DNA of 61,984 nt, filler included, from 5 parts of 5 records of this genome joined end to end with filler, not necessarily neighbours in it; one strand, 5' to 3'; positions 30,528-41,184 are shown, counted from the first letter of the whole stretch. Notes: a model not told the origin generated them from the letters alone. Made by a program: numbers and translations.

Positions 30528-32144
30528 ATGGACAAGGTCGATTACATCATCGTGGGAGCCGGCTCGTCCGGATGTATCCTGGCGGAACGCCTGAGCGCAG
30601 ATCCGCAGACGCGTGTTCTGCTGCTGGAGGCCGGTGGGTCCGATGCCTCACCCTGGGTGTCGCTGCCACTCGGCTATGGCAAGCTGAATTCCGACCCAAA
30701 ACGCACGTGGCGCTTCATGACCGAACCAGACGAAGGCCTCGGCGGGCGCAGTGTCTACTGGCCCCGCGGTCGATTGCTGGGTGGCTCTGGCTCGATCAAC
30801 GCCATGGTCTATTGCCGAGGTCTGCCTGGCGATTTCGAAGACTGGGAGGCCTCCGGCGCGGCAGGTTGGGGCTGGGCGAATGTAAAGGCAACTTACGAGC
30901 GCCTTGAAACCCGGGTGACCTGCGAGGGTGTGAAGCAAGGCGAGGGACCGATCCATATCCAGAATGTGTCCGACCAGATCCACAGGGTGAACCGGCACTT
31001 CTTTGCCGCGATCCGTGAAGTGGGCCTGCCCTGGAGTGACGACTTCAACGGTGATGCTCCCGAAGGTGGCGGCATTTACCAGATCAACACGCAAGATGGC
31101 CGCCGGTGTTCGTCCGCACGCGCCTATCTCCATCCTGCCCTAACCCGCAAGAACCTAAGCGTCCGGACACAGGCCCAGGTTGCCCGCATCCTGTTTGAAG
31201 GAAGAACGGCTGTCGGCGTCGAACTCCTGAGCGGGGAAACCCTGCTTGCCAGCCGAGAGGTCATCCTGGCGGCAGGCGCAATCGGTTCGCCGCAACTGCT
31301 TCAGGTTTCCGGCATCGGCCCGGGAAGGTTGCTGAGTGAGCTCGGCATTCCGGTGATCCGGGCCAATGACAATGTCGGCGGCAATCTGCAGGATCATCTG
31401 GCTGCGAATTTCACCTTCCGGGCCAGGGAACCGACACTCAATGCTATCCTGCGCCCCTTGCTGGGCCAGGCCCTGTCCGCCATGCAATACGCAGCAACCC
31501 GCAAGGGGCCTCTGGCTCTATCCGTCAACCAGTGCGGCGGTTTCGTGCGCTCGCGTCCCGAGCTGAGCCGGCCAGACCAGCAGCTCTATTTCAATCCGAT
31601 CAGCTATCGCCTGAGGCCTTACAAGGACAAGACACGGCTGAGCATCGATCCGTTCAACGGCTTCATCATTTGCGCACAGCCGGCCCGCCCGACGAGCCGC
31701 GGCCGCATCGACATCAAAAGTGCTGATGCCAGTGCGGCGCCTTCGATCCAGCCCAATTCGCTGGCGACCGAGGAAGACCGCCAGACCGTGATCGATGGCG
31801 GCAAGCTCTGCCAGAAGCTGATGGCAAGCCAGGCCTTGAGCGCGCTTGTCGAGCACCCCATCGCTCCGAACCTCGGAGACCTTGACGGCGACGGCATCCT
31901 GGCGGACTTCCGCGCCCGGGCCAGCACCGTCTTCCATCCGGTATCGACTTGCCGCATGGGCGAGAACCGCGAGACAACCGTCGTCAACAGCCGGCTGCAG
32001 GTGCACGGAATTGAAGGGCTTCGCGTTGCCGACGCCTCCGCCTTTCCGAACATAACCTCCGGCAACACCAACGCCCCGACCATGATGCTGGCTCTCAAGG
32101 GAGCCGATCTCATTCTAGAAGACCAGAAGCGAGCCCTCTCATGA
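30528..32144 (+). CDS. GMC family oxidoreductase (choline dehydrogenase-like)
   Basis: DYIIVGAGSSG, GGSGSINAM, VGGNLQDH, FHPVSTCRMG and GNTNAP motifs; ATG at 30528. Confidence 0.93.
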   Translation: MDKVDYIIVGAGSSGCILAERLSADPQTRVLLLEAGGSDASPWVSLPLGYGKLNSDPKRTWRFMTEPDEGLGGRSVYWPRGRLLGGSGSINAMVYCRGLPGDFEDWEASGAAGWGWANVKATYERLETRVTCEGVKQGEGPIHIQNVSDQIHRVNRHFFAAIREVGLPWSDDFNGDAPEGGGIYQINTQDGRRCSSARAYLHPALTRKNLSVRTQAQVARILFEGRTAVGVELLSGETLLASREVILAAGAIGSPQLLQVSGIGPGRLLSELGIPVIRANDNVGGNLQDHLAANFTFRAREPTLNAILRPLLGQALSAMQYAATRKGPLALSVNQCGGFVRSRPELSRPDQQLYFNPISYRLRPYKDKTRLSIDPFNGFIICAQPARPTSRGRIDIKSADASAAPSIQPNSLATEEDRQTVIDGGKLCQKLMASQALSALVEHPIAPNLGDLDGDGILADFRARASTVFHPVSTCRMGENRETTVVNSRLQVHGIEGLRVADASAFPNITSGNTNAPTMMLALKGADLILEDQKRALS

Positions 32145-33628
32145 CCGTTCAGGACATCGCCCAAGACTATCTGACCACCGGCAAGCTGGATGCCTTGCCC
32201 GACGGGCATTTCATTGCCGGCAAACGCACTCCGGCCTCGAACAAGAAGATGGAAAGCTTCGATCCGGGCCGGGCAGAAGCCTTTGCCGAATTTTCTCTCG
32301 GGTCCGACACCGATATGGATAACGCCATCGACGCTGCCGAGAAAGCAGCCCTGCATTGGCGGCAAGTCTCACCGGCAGAGCGCTGCCGTATCCTCAACAA
32401 TGTTGCCCGGGTCTTCCGCGACAACGCAGACCGGTTGGCCGTGATAGAGGTGGTCGACAGCGGCAAGACGCTGGCCGAGGCCCAGGGTGACGTTCAGTCC
32501 TCCGTACGCCTTTTCGAATATTACGCCGGCGCTGCCGACAAGCTCGATGGCCGATCGGTCAATCTTGGTCCGGCCTATACCGCCTTCACCGTGCGCGAAC
32601 CGGTCGGCGTTACAGGACACATCATTCCCTGGAACTATCCCACCTCGACCTTCGCGCGCGGTGTCGCCCCTGCCCTTGCCGCGGGCTGTTCCGTTGTTGC
32701 CAAGCCGGCCGAGACCACGCCCTTTACCGCGCTGGTCATGGCGGAACTGCTTTGCGAGGCCGGGGTGCCGGAAGGGCTGGTAAATGTGGTCACCGGCCTG
32801 GGCAGTGATGTCGGCGCGCAGATGGCGCGCGATCCGCGCATCAAGCAGCTGACCTTCACTGGCTCCGTCACCACTGGTATCAATGTTGCCCAGATGACTG
32901 CCCCGAATGTGACCCGCCTGACGTTGGAACTTGGCGGCAAGTCACCACTGATCGCCTTTGCCGACGCCGATCCGGAAAAGGTCGCCGACGGAGCCTACTG
33001 GGCAATCTTCTCGAACGCCGGTCAGATCTGTTCGGCCGGATCCAGGCTGATCCTGCATAAATCGATCCGCGACGAAGTGCTTTCCATCCTTGCGGAACGA
33101 GCCGCCAAGATCAGGACCGGTCACGGACTGACGGCTCCGGACATGGGGGCCATCAATTCCGAGCTGCACCTGACCCGCATCAAGGCCCATGTGGATGCCG
33201 CAAAGGCGCGCGGTGCCAACATCCTGACCGGAGGCGACGCTACCGACGACGCGGAGACGGGCAAAGGCTGGTTCTTCCAGCCAACGGTAATTGCGGACCT
33301 TGCACCGAACGATCCGGCGGTTCAGGAAGAGATTTTCGGCCCGGTCCTGTCGGTGCAACTGTTCGAAAGCGAAGAAGAAGCCGTCGCCCTTGCAAACGGT
33401 ACAGACTTCGGCCTGATTGCCAGCGTCTATACCAATGATGTCGGGCGGGCGATGCGGGTTGCCGGCGCAATGGATTGCGGCCAGGTGTCGGTCAACGATT
33501 ACTGGGCCGGGGGGCTTGAGCTGCCTTTCGGCGGCAACAAGAAATCAGGTTACGGCCGCGAAAAAGGCTGGGAAGGCCTCGATGCCTATACCAAGGTAAA
33601 GTCCATCACGATCAGCAACGCGAGCTAA
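32141..33628 (+). CDS. Aldehyde dehydrogenase
   Basis: PWNYP, FTGS, LELGGKSP, GQICSAG and EEIFGPV motifs. Confidence 0.95.
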   Translation: MTVQDIAQDYLTTGKLDALPDGHFIAGKRTPASNKKMESFDPGRAEAFAEFSLGSDTDMDNAIDAAEKAALHWRQVSPAERCRILNNVARVFRDNADRLAVIEVVDSGKTLAEAQGDVQSSVRLFEYYAGAADKLDGRSVNLGPAYTAFTVREPVGVTGHIIPWNYPTSTFARGVAPALAAGCSVVAKPAETTPFTALVMAELLCEAGVPEGLVNVVTGLGSDVGAQMARDPRIKQLTFTGSVTTGINVAQMTAPNVTRLTLELGGKSPLIAFADADPEKVADGAYWAIFSNAGQICSAGSRLILHKSIRDEVLSILAERAAKIRTGHGLTAPDMGAINSELHLTRIKAHVDAAKARGANILTGGDATDDAETGKGWFFQPTVIADLAPNDPAVQEEIFGPVLSVQLFESEEEAVALANGTDFGLIASVYTNDVGRAMRVAGAMDCGQVSVNDYWAGGLELPFGGNKKSGYGREKGWEGLDAYTKVKSITISNAS

Positions 33629-33638
33629 GCGGACCAAC

Positions 33639-34850
33639 ATGAAACTCGACCAAATCGAGACCTTCGTCGTCGAAAACGCCCCGCCGCGCCATGGCGGGCG
33701 CTACTTCATCTTCGTCAAGCTGGTGACCGCTTGCGGCATCACAGGCTATGGCGAGATCTACAACGCCACCTTCGGCCCGCACCTGGTGGCCGAGATGGCG
33801 AAGGACGTGTTCCAGCGCCAGTTCGAGGGCGAAGATCCGCATCATATCGAGAAGCTGTGGCACAAGACCTATGGTGCCGGATATACGCAACGACCTGATG
33901 TGACCGTGATGGGCGTTTTGTCAGGTCTGGAAATGGCTTGCTGGGACATCATCGGCAAAGCCGCCGGCAAGCCGGCCTATCAGCTTCTGGGCGGTAGGGT
34001 GCATGAGCGCCTGCGCTCCTACACCTACCTTTATCCCTCCGATGGCGATGTCTATCCGGACCCGTCGAAACCCAATGTCTACAACGATCCGGACATGGCG
34101 GCCGAAGCGGCGGTCAAGGCCGTCGACCAGGGTTTCACGGCGGTGAAGTTCGACCCGGCCGGTGCCTATACGATCTACGATGGTCACCAGCCGAGCCTTG
34201 ACGATCTGGAACGCTCGGAAGCCTTCTGCCGGCAGATCCGCAATGCCGTCGGCACGAGGGCCGACCTTCTTTTCGGCACCCACGGACAGTTCACCGTTTC
34301 CGGGGCCAAGCGGCTTGCACGCCGGATCGAAGGATATGATCCGCTCTGGTTCGAAGAGCCGATCCCGCCCGAAAAGCCGGAAGACATGGCCGAGGTTGCA
34401 CGGTTTACCTCCATGCCAATTGCGACGGGTGAGCGTCTGTGCACGAAGTATGAATTCGCCCGCGTGCTTGAAACCGGTGCGGCCAGTATCCTGCAGATGA
34501 ACCTCGGCCGCGTCGGCGGCCTTCTGGAAGCCAAGAAGATTGCCGCCATGGCGGAATGCCGGTCAGCGCAGATAGCCCCTCACCTTTATTGCGGACCGCT
34601 GGTGGCGCTCGCAAACATCCAGCTGGCAGCCTGCAGCCCGAATTTCCTGGTGCTGGAATCCATCCGGACCTTTGACGGGTTCTATGCCGACCTCTTGAAG
34701 ACGCCTATTCGATGGGAAGACGGCTATGTCATTCCTTCAAGCGAACCGGGCCTCGGTCATGATCTGAACGAAGACGTCGCGCGGGCCCATCCCTATACCG
34801 GCAACGAACTGCATCTCGGGTTTCAGGAAAGCCCGGCTTTGCCGCTATAA
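33639..34850 (+). CDS. Mandelate racemase/muconate lactonizing enzyme (enolase superfamily) protein
   Basis: WDIIGK...LLGG, KFDP, GTHGQF, WFEEP, TGERL, APHLY and EPGLG motifs. Confidence 0.92.
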   Translation: MKLDQIETFVVENAPPRHGGRYFIFVKLVTACGITGYGEIYNATFGPHLVAEMAKDVFQRQFEGEDPHHIEKLWHKTYGAGYTQRPDVTVMGVLSGLEMACWDIIGKAAGKPAYQLLGGRVHERLRSYTYLYPSDGDVYPDPSKPNVYNDPDMAAEAAVKAVDQGFTAVKFDPAGAYTIYDGHQPSLDDLERSEAFCRQIRNAVGTRADLLFGTHGQFTVSGAKRLARRIEGYDPLWFEEPIPPEKPEDMAEVARFTSMPIATGERLCTKYEFARVLETGAASILQMNLGRVGGLLEAKKIAAMAECRSAQIAPHLYCGPLVALANIQLAACSPNFLVLESIRTFDGFYADLLKTPIRWEDGYVIPSSEPGLGHDLNEDVARAHPYTGNELHLGFQESPALPL

Positions 34851-34899
34851 GGGGATCAGGGCCGGCAAGGCGGTATTCCTTTGCCCGGCCCTTGTCCTT

Positions 34900-34928
34900 G
34901 TCATGCCATGGTCAAACCAAGGGGTGAC
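34900..34928. repeat. Degenerate copy of the ATGCCATGG REP-like element, next to a GC hairpin at 34859-34891
   Basis: GTCATGCCATGGTCAAACCAAGGGGTGAC. Confidence 0.65.
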
Positions 34929-34944
34929 GGGAAAGAAGGTTGCC

Positions 34945-37065
34945 TCAGGCCACCTTGCTGATCAGGGTCATGTCCTGCGCGGGCTCAGCGGGCGGAACCG
35001 GTTCTTCGACCCGGATGGCGGTTGATGCCATTAAGGCACGGCGGACGTCGGCGACCGGCATGGGCCTGCCAAACAGGAAGCCCTGAACCTCGTTGCACCC
35101 TTGCGAAGCAAGAAAGCCGAGATGGTCTTCCGTTTCCACACCTTCGGCCAGCACCGGAATATTGAGACTTTCACCCAGAATGATCGTTGCCTTGATGATC
35201 GCTTCTGACTGCTTGTTGCCCCCGAGATCCTTGACGAACTCCCGGTCGATCTTGATCTTGTCGAACGGAAAGGCCTGCAGTGTGGCAAGCGACGAATAGC
35301 CGGTGCCGAAGTCGTCCATGGCGATGCGAATGCCGAGACGTTTCAGCTGGTGGATGATCTGAAGCGCATGCGATGTGTCGGCGATGATGCCGGTCTCGGT
35401 GATCTCCAGTTCGAGACGCTCCGGTGACAGGCCGCTTTCCTTCAAGGCGTGGGCAACGATATCCGGAAAGCTGCTGTCAGCAAGCTGCACTGGCGCCACA
35501 TTGACCGCGATCTTGACCCGGTTGTCCCAGGACGCTGCCTCACGGCAGGCGGTACGGATGATCCAGGCGCCGATTTCACGGATCTGGCCGGTCTCTTCCG
35601 CAATCGGGATGAACTCGAACGGCGGGATCATGCCGCGCTGCGGGTGGTTCCAGCGCAGCAGAACTTCCGTGCCGGTGACTTCCCGGGTCATGACATCGTT
35701 CTGAAGCTGATAATAAAGCTCGAACTCGCCATTCTTCAGGGCATTGCGCAAGTCCATGGCAAGGGCGCTGCGCTCGCGGGTCTGTTGATCCAGCTCGACG
35801 TCATAACAAAGCGCGGCATTGCCGCCGGCAGCCTTGGCACGGTGCATGGCCCGCTCCGCGGCTTCGATCAGCTGCGCACCCGACGACGCGTGATCGGGAT
35901 AGTTCGCGTAGCCGACACTGCAACTGACGCGGATTTCTTCGCCCTGCCATAGCAGTGGCTGAGCGACCAGCTTCTGGATGCGCTTGCAAAGGTCAAGGAT
36001 GTAGCCCCGGTAGTAGACCGGCTTGCCGACGATCACGAATTCGACGCCGCCGTTCCTGGCGATGTATTCGTCGGCCTCCAGGTTCTCCGACAGATGCTTG
36101 GCAACGTGCCGCAGCAGAGCATCTCCGCACGCATGGCCATGAACTTCGTTGACTTCCTTGAACCGGCTCAGACTGCAGTTGAGCACGACGACCCGGGCAT
36201 TGTCGGCAGCATACCTTGTCAGGAAACTATCGAGATGGCGGTCGAGTGCCCGGCGATTCGGCAGACCGGTCAGCGGGTCGTGATGGGTAATGTGGTTGAC
36301 CCTGCTTTCGGCAACCTGGGAGTTTGCACTGTCGATCGAATAGGTGATCATCGCCGACAGCAACAGGACGCTCATGGTGAAGACCACCGAGATGCCGATC
36401 AACTGGTTGGAGACAAGGTCCTTGACGCTGCCATCCAGTCGCAGGGGCAGAATTTCGACACCAGCCATCGCAACAAAGTGCAGGCTGGCCACAGCCAGGA
36501 TCAGGCTGAGTACAGCCCCGTATTTGCAGTAGCGTGTCACCGGGCGGGCGACACGGCTTGTGGCAATGAGGCAGAAGACGCAGGCCAAAACGACGGAAAC
36601 CACCACGAAAGGCGTCGACAACATCATGATGCCGGATATCTGAAGCGCCTTGATTCCGATGAAATGCATCGCCGCAATAGAGGCGCCAAAGATGACACCC
36701 CCGACCTCGATAAGTGCCGAGCGCTGGGAGATGCTACTGACGAGAAGTCCCGCCGTCGTGCCGGCAATGGCGATAACCAGCGAGAAGGCCGTCAGTTTGA
36801 GATCGTAACCCAGAATGAACGGGCTCTTGTAGGCGATCATGGCAACGAAGTGCGTGCTCCAGATCGTACCGCCGGCGATCAGGCCGGACAACAGCAGCCA
36901 GAGATACTTGAGATCGCCCTGCGTCCGCCGAACACGGGCGAACAGCCGCATAGTCAAAACGGCACCGACCGTCAGGATTATTACCGCCAGGGCAACAAAC
37001 AACGGGTCATGCTCGAAAGCTATGCAAGACAGGACGGTTAGCATCATCAACTCCAGATGATGCAA
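34945..37065 (-). CDS. MHYT-GGDEF(degenerate)-EAL protein
   Basis: Membrane MHYT repeats (THFVAM, MHFIG, LHFVAM), GGVEF, EVLLRW and DDFGTGYSSL. Start may be a Met a few codons later. Confidence 0.9.
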   Translation of the reverse strand: MHHLELMMLTVLSCIAFEHDPLFVALAVIILTVGAVLTMRLFARVRRTQGDLKYLWLLLSGLIAGGTIWSTHFVAMIAYKSPFILGYDLKLTAFSLVIAIAGTTAGLLVSSISQRSALIEVGGVIFGASIAAMHFIGIKALQISGIMMLSTPFVVVSVVLACVFCLIATSRVARPVTRYCKYGAVLSLILAVASLHFVAMAGVEILPLRLDGSVKDLVSNQLIGISVVFTMSVLLLSAMITYSIDSANSQVAESRVNHITHHDPLTGLPNRRALDRHLDSFLTRYAADNARVVVLNCSLSRFKEVNEVHGHACGDALLRHVAKHLSENLEADEYIARNGGVEFVIVGKPVYYRGYILDLCKRIQKLVAQPLLWQGEEIRVSCSVGYANYPDHASSGAQLIEAAERAMHRAKAAGGNAALCYDVELDQQTRERSALAMDLRNALKNGEFELYYQLQNDVMTREVTGTEVLLRWNHPQRGMIPPFEFIPIAEETGQIREIGAWIIRTACREAASWDNRVKIAVNVAPVQLADSSFPDIVAHALKESGLSPERLELEITETGIIADTSHALQIIHQLKRLGIRIAMDDFGTGYSSLATLQAFPFDKIKIDREFVKDLGGNKQSEAIIKATIILGESLNIPVLAEGVETEDHLGFLASQGCNEVQGFLFGRPMPVADVRRALMASTAIRVEEPVPPAEPAQDMTLISKVA

Positions 37066-37345
37066 GATAGCGTTTTTCTGCTCTAAAGTAGTAAAAACAC
37101 CTATATCCCATGCAACATGGATAACAGTTGGTAAATTGTTTTAACTGATTGTAAATGCGAGAGTATTTTCCGGAAACTGTACGCTTTCGATCCAAGACAG
37201 TTTGCTTCGATTTTTACCCGTTTACCATTCCCGTATTGCGCAGCACAAAACGAAGCAACACGCCATGCGGGAACAGGGGATCATAACGATTTCGGCCGCC
37301 GGGATCGCTCCCAGCGGCCGAAACTTCAAGACCTGGTGACAAATG

Positions 37346-38165
37346 TCAGGCTGCGGTTTTCGCCTTGAACTCGATCCTGCGGCGATGCAGCACCGGCTCG
37401 GTGTAACCATTTGGCTGGCTGGTGCCTTCGAACACCAGTTCGCAAGCTGCCTGGAAGGCGACCGAGCCGTCGAAATCCGCCGCCATCGGCCGGTAGAGCG
37501 GGTCACCTTCATTCTGGCCGTCAACGACAGCGGCCATTCGTTTCATGGTCTCCAGAACCTGCTCTCGGCCGACAACGCCATAGTGCAACCAGTTGGCGAT
37601 GTGCTGCGAAGAAATGCGCAGCGTTGCGCGGTCTTCCATCAGGCCGACATCGTTGATGTCCGGCACCTTCGAACAGCCAACGCCCTGTTCAACCCAGCGG
37701 ACGACGTAGCCCAGAATACCCTGGGCGTTGTTGTCGAGTTCTGCCTGAATGTCTGCCGGAGCCCAGTTGGGACGTTCGGCAACAGGAATGGAGAGAATGT
37801 CCTCCAGCTTGGCGGAAGCGCGGCTCTTCAGCTCGTTCTGACGATCCTTCACGGCGACCTTGTGATAATGCAGCGCGTGGAGCGTTGCGGCGGTCGGTGA
37901 CGGAACCCAGGCCGTATTCGCTCCGGACATCGGATGGCCGATCTTCTGCTCCAGCATGGCATGCATCAGGTCCGGCATCGCCCACATGCCCTTGCCGATC
38001 TGCGCATGGCCCGGCAGGCCGCAGGCAAGTCCGACATCGACGTTGTTGTTCTCGTAGGCGCTAATCCAGGTCGCGGCCTTCATGTCGCCCTTGCGGATCA
38101 TCGGGCCGGCTTCCATGGACGTGTGCATTTCATCGCCGGTCCGGTCGAGGAAGCCGGTGTTGATG
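37346..38165 (-). CDS. glcB: Malate synthase G, 3' part
   Basis: [53 protein letters not shown] and QPNGYTEP motifs. Confidence 0.95.
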
Positions 38166-38265
38166 NNNNNNNNNNNNNNNNNNNNNNNNNNNNNNNNNNN
38201 NNNNNNNNNTTAATTAATTAANNNNNNNNNNNNNNNNNNNNNNNNNNNNNNNNNNNNNNNNNNNN
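38166..38265. other. Artificial contig linker
   Basis: N run + TTAATTAATTAA + N run. Confidence 0.98.
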
Positions 38266-38637
38266 CCCATACGGGCAGACGCTGAAACCGGTTTCTTGGT
38301 AAATTCTGGATGGCATAGGTAGGAACGTCAATGGCTTTGGGGGAAATAGGTGATCTTTACCGCCGCAAACTCCCCTTAAGGCGAAGACCACACCCGCAAA
38401 GGGGTGGTTATATAGGAAGGCGGTTCGGCAAACGGCGACGAGTATTTGTTTCGACGGTAGAGTGAGGCTGCGCTTTGAGCAGTGCGCACAAGGGCTAATT
38501 GATGCATGAAAGTCGTAGGACGCTCCGCCGTACCGCTTGCGCGAGTAGATGTGACACGGTGGTCCCGCCTTGAATCAGGCAGGTTGCAATGCAACTGCAC
38601 CGCATACCCCAGAATGGTCGCAGGATATCCCAGAATG

Positions 38638-39031
38638 GTTGCAGGCAGGCTGCGTGCACTACGGTGTGGCAGGGCTAGGGCTCACGGTTACTGGTGACGG
38701 CGCGATAGGTGCAGTAAATGGGACACCAGCCGGCGAGGCCGGTTAGGAGCATTTCGATTTGTAGGGTAAGCGCGAGAATGGGCTTCCAGTCAAATCGCTC
38801 TGTTAGCCCCCAAATCGTCAGCGTCATCAGCGCTAGGCTGAAGATGAGTCGTTGAGTGCGATCTGGAAAGGATATCCGTCCAAGCGCCGACAACGAACTG
38901 GGAGAGCTGGATGTGCGAGATTCTCCCGCGTGCATTGGCGGCTGTCCTTTGTCGGTAAGATGCAGGTTTGTGTGTTGCAGGCAGGCTGCCTGCACTACGA
39001 TGTTGGTTGCAGGCAGGCTGCCTGCACTACG
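38638..39031 (-). repeat. Three GTAG-type REP elements (38638-38663, 38974-38999, 39006-39031)
   Basis: Minus strand CGTAG-TGCAGGCAG-C-CTGCCTGCA-AC: GTAG followed by a palindrome. Two copies are identical; one has a single change. Confidence 0.82.
38675..38935 (-). CDS. Small membrane protein, DUF2892/YgaP-like
   Basis: Start MHAGES at 38935 after AAAGGA; DR..R, two TM helices and LLTGLAGWCPIY. Confidence 0.7.
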   Translation of the reverse strand: MHAGESRTSSSPSSLSALGRISFPDRTQRLIFSLALMTLTIWGLTERFDWKPILALTLQIEMLLTGLAGWCPIYCTYRAVTSNREP

Positions 39032-39047
39032 GCTTTTTTTTGCTAAG

Positions 39048-39806
39048 CTACGATGCTTCGGCGAATTCAAGCACCATAAACGTGACATCATCATGGGTTA
39101 GCTGGCCGCCGGTAAATGTGAGCAAGGCGTCAACAACGGTCTGCCGAACTGTTGTCAAATCTTGGTCAATGGTCTTGTTCAGGAGCTCGATCAATCGCTC
39201 TGTTCCGAACAGCTCGTCGTCTGAATTCATCGCTTCAATAACGCCATCGGTGTACAAAAACAAGCGATCACCGAAACTGGCCACTGCATCTTGCTGGACG
39301 AACTTACACTTCTCATCAACACCCAGCGGAAGGCCCGCAATCTCATCACTGGCCGCAAGATTCAGAGCCTTCCACTCTTGGCTTCCTCGCTTATGGTGTA
39401 ACAGTTCGTGATGCCCAGCGTAAGAGAAATAGAGATGTTCGTTGGCTCGATAGAAGGCGGCCACTGTCGCAGTCGACATCGCGTCGAACCCACGATCAGT
39501 TGAGGCCTTGTTCAAATCCGCTAACACTTCGTTGCTATCGGCAGAATTCATCCGCTGAGCAAGTGAATCGTAAAGCCAAGAGCTTGTATCCGAGACTGCC
39601 TGACCGTGCCCCACTACATCGACGATCGCGATGCGAGTCAGTAAGTCGCTTCCGCAGACGCTGAAATAGTAGATATCGCCACCTTTGCCACCGTCGCAAG
39701 CCCGCGAAAACAGGCACGCCTTCACACCGCTCGTCTCGACGAAAAGCTCGTCACCACGGTTGCCACCCCAAATCTCTGAACAACGAATTCGGTGAACGCT
39801 AGCCAT
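39048..39806 (-). CDS. Stand-alone PP2C/SpoIIE family phosphatase
   Basis: GGDIY, DVVGHG, AGHH, PLG, LYTDGVIEA and HDDVT motifs. Confidence 0.9.
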   Translation of the reverse strand: MASVHRIRCSEIWGGNRGDELFVETSGVKACLFSRACDGGKGGDIYYFSVCGSDLLTRIAIVDVVGHGQAVSDTSSWLYDSLAQRMNSADSNEVLADLNKASTDRGFDAMSTATVAAFYRANEHLYFSYAGHHELLHHKRGSQEWKALNLAASDEIAGLPLGVDEKCKFVQQDAVASFGDRLFLYTDGVIEAMNSDDELFGTERLIELLNKTIDQDLTTVRQTVVDALLTFTGGQLTHDDVTFMVLEFAEAS

Positions 39807-39888
39807 TGTTCCATCTTTCAAGGTTTGAGATCAATCAACGCTGGCCGTGAACGGAAACTGCACAGCCCAACGAGAATATTGACGCAGC

Positions 39889-41184
39889 TCAGTTGGATTT
39901 ACTTACGTCGGATGTCGTCGCGGCGCGAACAATGCGAGGATGCCGCAAGGGGAACACCTCTGATTCTTCATGTTCACAGCCGTCGCGGCAATCGTCAGCA
40001 TTGATGATTCGCGCATACCAATTCGAACCTGGAACGGCGGTCAGTCCATGTGCAACGATACTCAATGTGGCTGTGAGCATGGCAATGGTAAAAATTTCGT
40101 TCCCGTGCAGAAAAGTATGCTCACGGGTAACAAGCAGCGCGAAAATGAGTGACGCCAGCCCTCTTGGACCGAACCAGCCGATGAACACCGAAGTAGAAAA
40201 GTGCATTTTGGCACCGATCATTGACAAAGCAACCGGCAGCATTCGAACTACCGTTAATGAGCCACCAGCATAGAGCCAGTGAACAGGTGTTGCATCTCGC
40301 AGAGTGGGTAGCACGAAGAAAGCTCCGAAGAGCAAGAATGAGACTAGCGAAAACAATTGCCCCTCGATTTCACCAAACTCTTGGATGGCAGGCTTGACGC
40401 ATATCGTAGACGCACCGAGCGATAAACCGCATACAAATGCGGCAATAAAGCCGTTACCGCCAATGGCGATTGCTCCCGCCCAAGCGAAAACAGCGAGCCC
40501 AACCGCAGAGAGCTTCTGGAAACTAGGCGCAACCCAGCCTCTATCAGCCGCTTTCTCAATTGCCCACCCACCGATGCATCCCGTCGCAATGCCGGCAAGT
40601 GGTCCAAAAACGACTTGCTTAGCTACAAACTGCAACCACGGCGTTGACGCTTCTGATTCGGAGTGAGTGGCGGCCAAGGCGGCAAAGAGCATTACGAACG
40701 GTACAACGATGCCATCGTTCAAGCCACTTTCCACATTCAGGGACTGTCTGATCCGAGAAGGAACATTCTTGCTGCTGACAACCGCCTGACCAAGTGCTGC
40801 ATCAGTGGGTGCCAGTATTGCAGCCAGTAAGGCGATCTCCCACCACGAGAACTCTGGCAAAAGAAGACACCCGAGGACGATTCCGGCAACAATCGTGAGC
40901 GGAAGACCGATCGAGAGCAAACGTAGTGGCAATCCAAACTGCTTAAACAGCCTTCGCGCATTTATCCGGGTTGCATCAGTGAATAGCAGGATAACGAGCG
41001 TCAATTCCGCAACTACTTCGAGCAGCTCAGCAGCGTCGCGCTGGATCCCGGTGTGGGTCGCCGCCAAGATGACACCGATACACACGAAGACGATCGGCGC
41101 CGTCAGCACCGTCCTCGGCACAAGAGCCGAGACGACCGCGTAGCCCAGAATCGATGCTGCGATTAGCAGGAGGAGATGTTCCAT
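39889..41184 (-). CDS. CPA1 cation:proton antiporter (NhaP-like)
   Basis: LFTDA, RLLSIGLP, APTDAALG, ESGLNDG and GWFGPRGLAS motifs. Confidence 0.92.
   Translation of the reverse strand: MEHLLLLIAASILGYAVVSALVPRTVLTAPIVFVCIGVILAATHTGIQRDAAELLEVVAELTLVILLFTDATRINARRLFKQFGLPLRLLSIGLPLTIVAGIVLGCLLLPEFSWWEIALLAAILAPTDAALGQAVVSSKNVPSRIRQSLNVESGLNDGIVVPFVMLFAALAATHSESEASTPWLQFVAKQVVFGPLAGIATGCIGGWAIEKAADRGWVAPSFQKLSAVGLAVFAWAGAIAIGGNGFIAAFVCGLSLGASTICVKPAIQEFGEIEGQLFSLVSFLLFGAFFVLPTLRDATPVHWLYAGGSLTVVRMLPVALSMIGAKMHFSTSVFIGWFGPRGLASLIFALLVTREHTFLHGNEIFTIAMLTATLSIVAHGLTAVPGSNWYARIINADDCRDGCEHEESEVFPLRHPRIVRAATTSDVSKSN

Noticed and set aside
38266-38316. Possible minus-strand gene start MPSRIYQETGFSVCPYG at the contig edge
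   Set aside because: Only 17 codons before the linker and no clear RBS; cannot be supported.
38638-39031. Possible CRISPR array from the 26-bp repeats
   Set aside because: Only three copies, with spacers of 6 bp and about 310 bp, and no cas genes. The GTAG-plus-palindrome form fits REPs.
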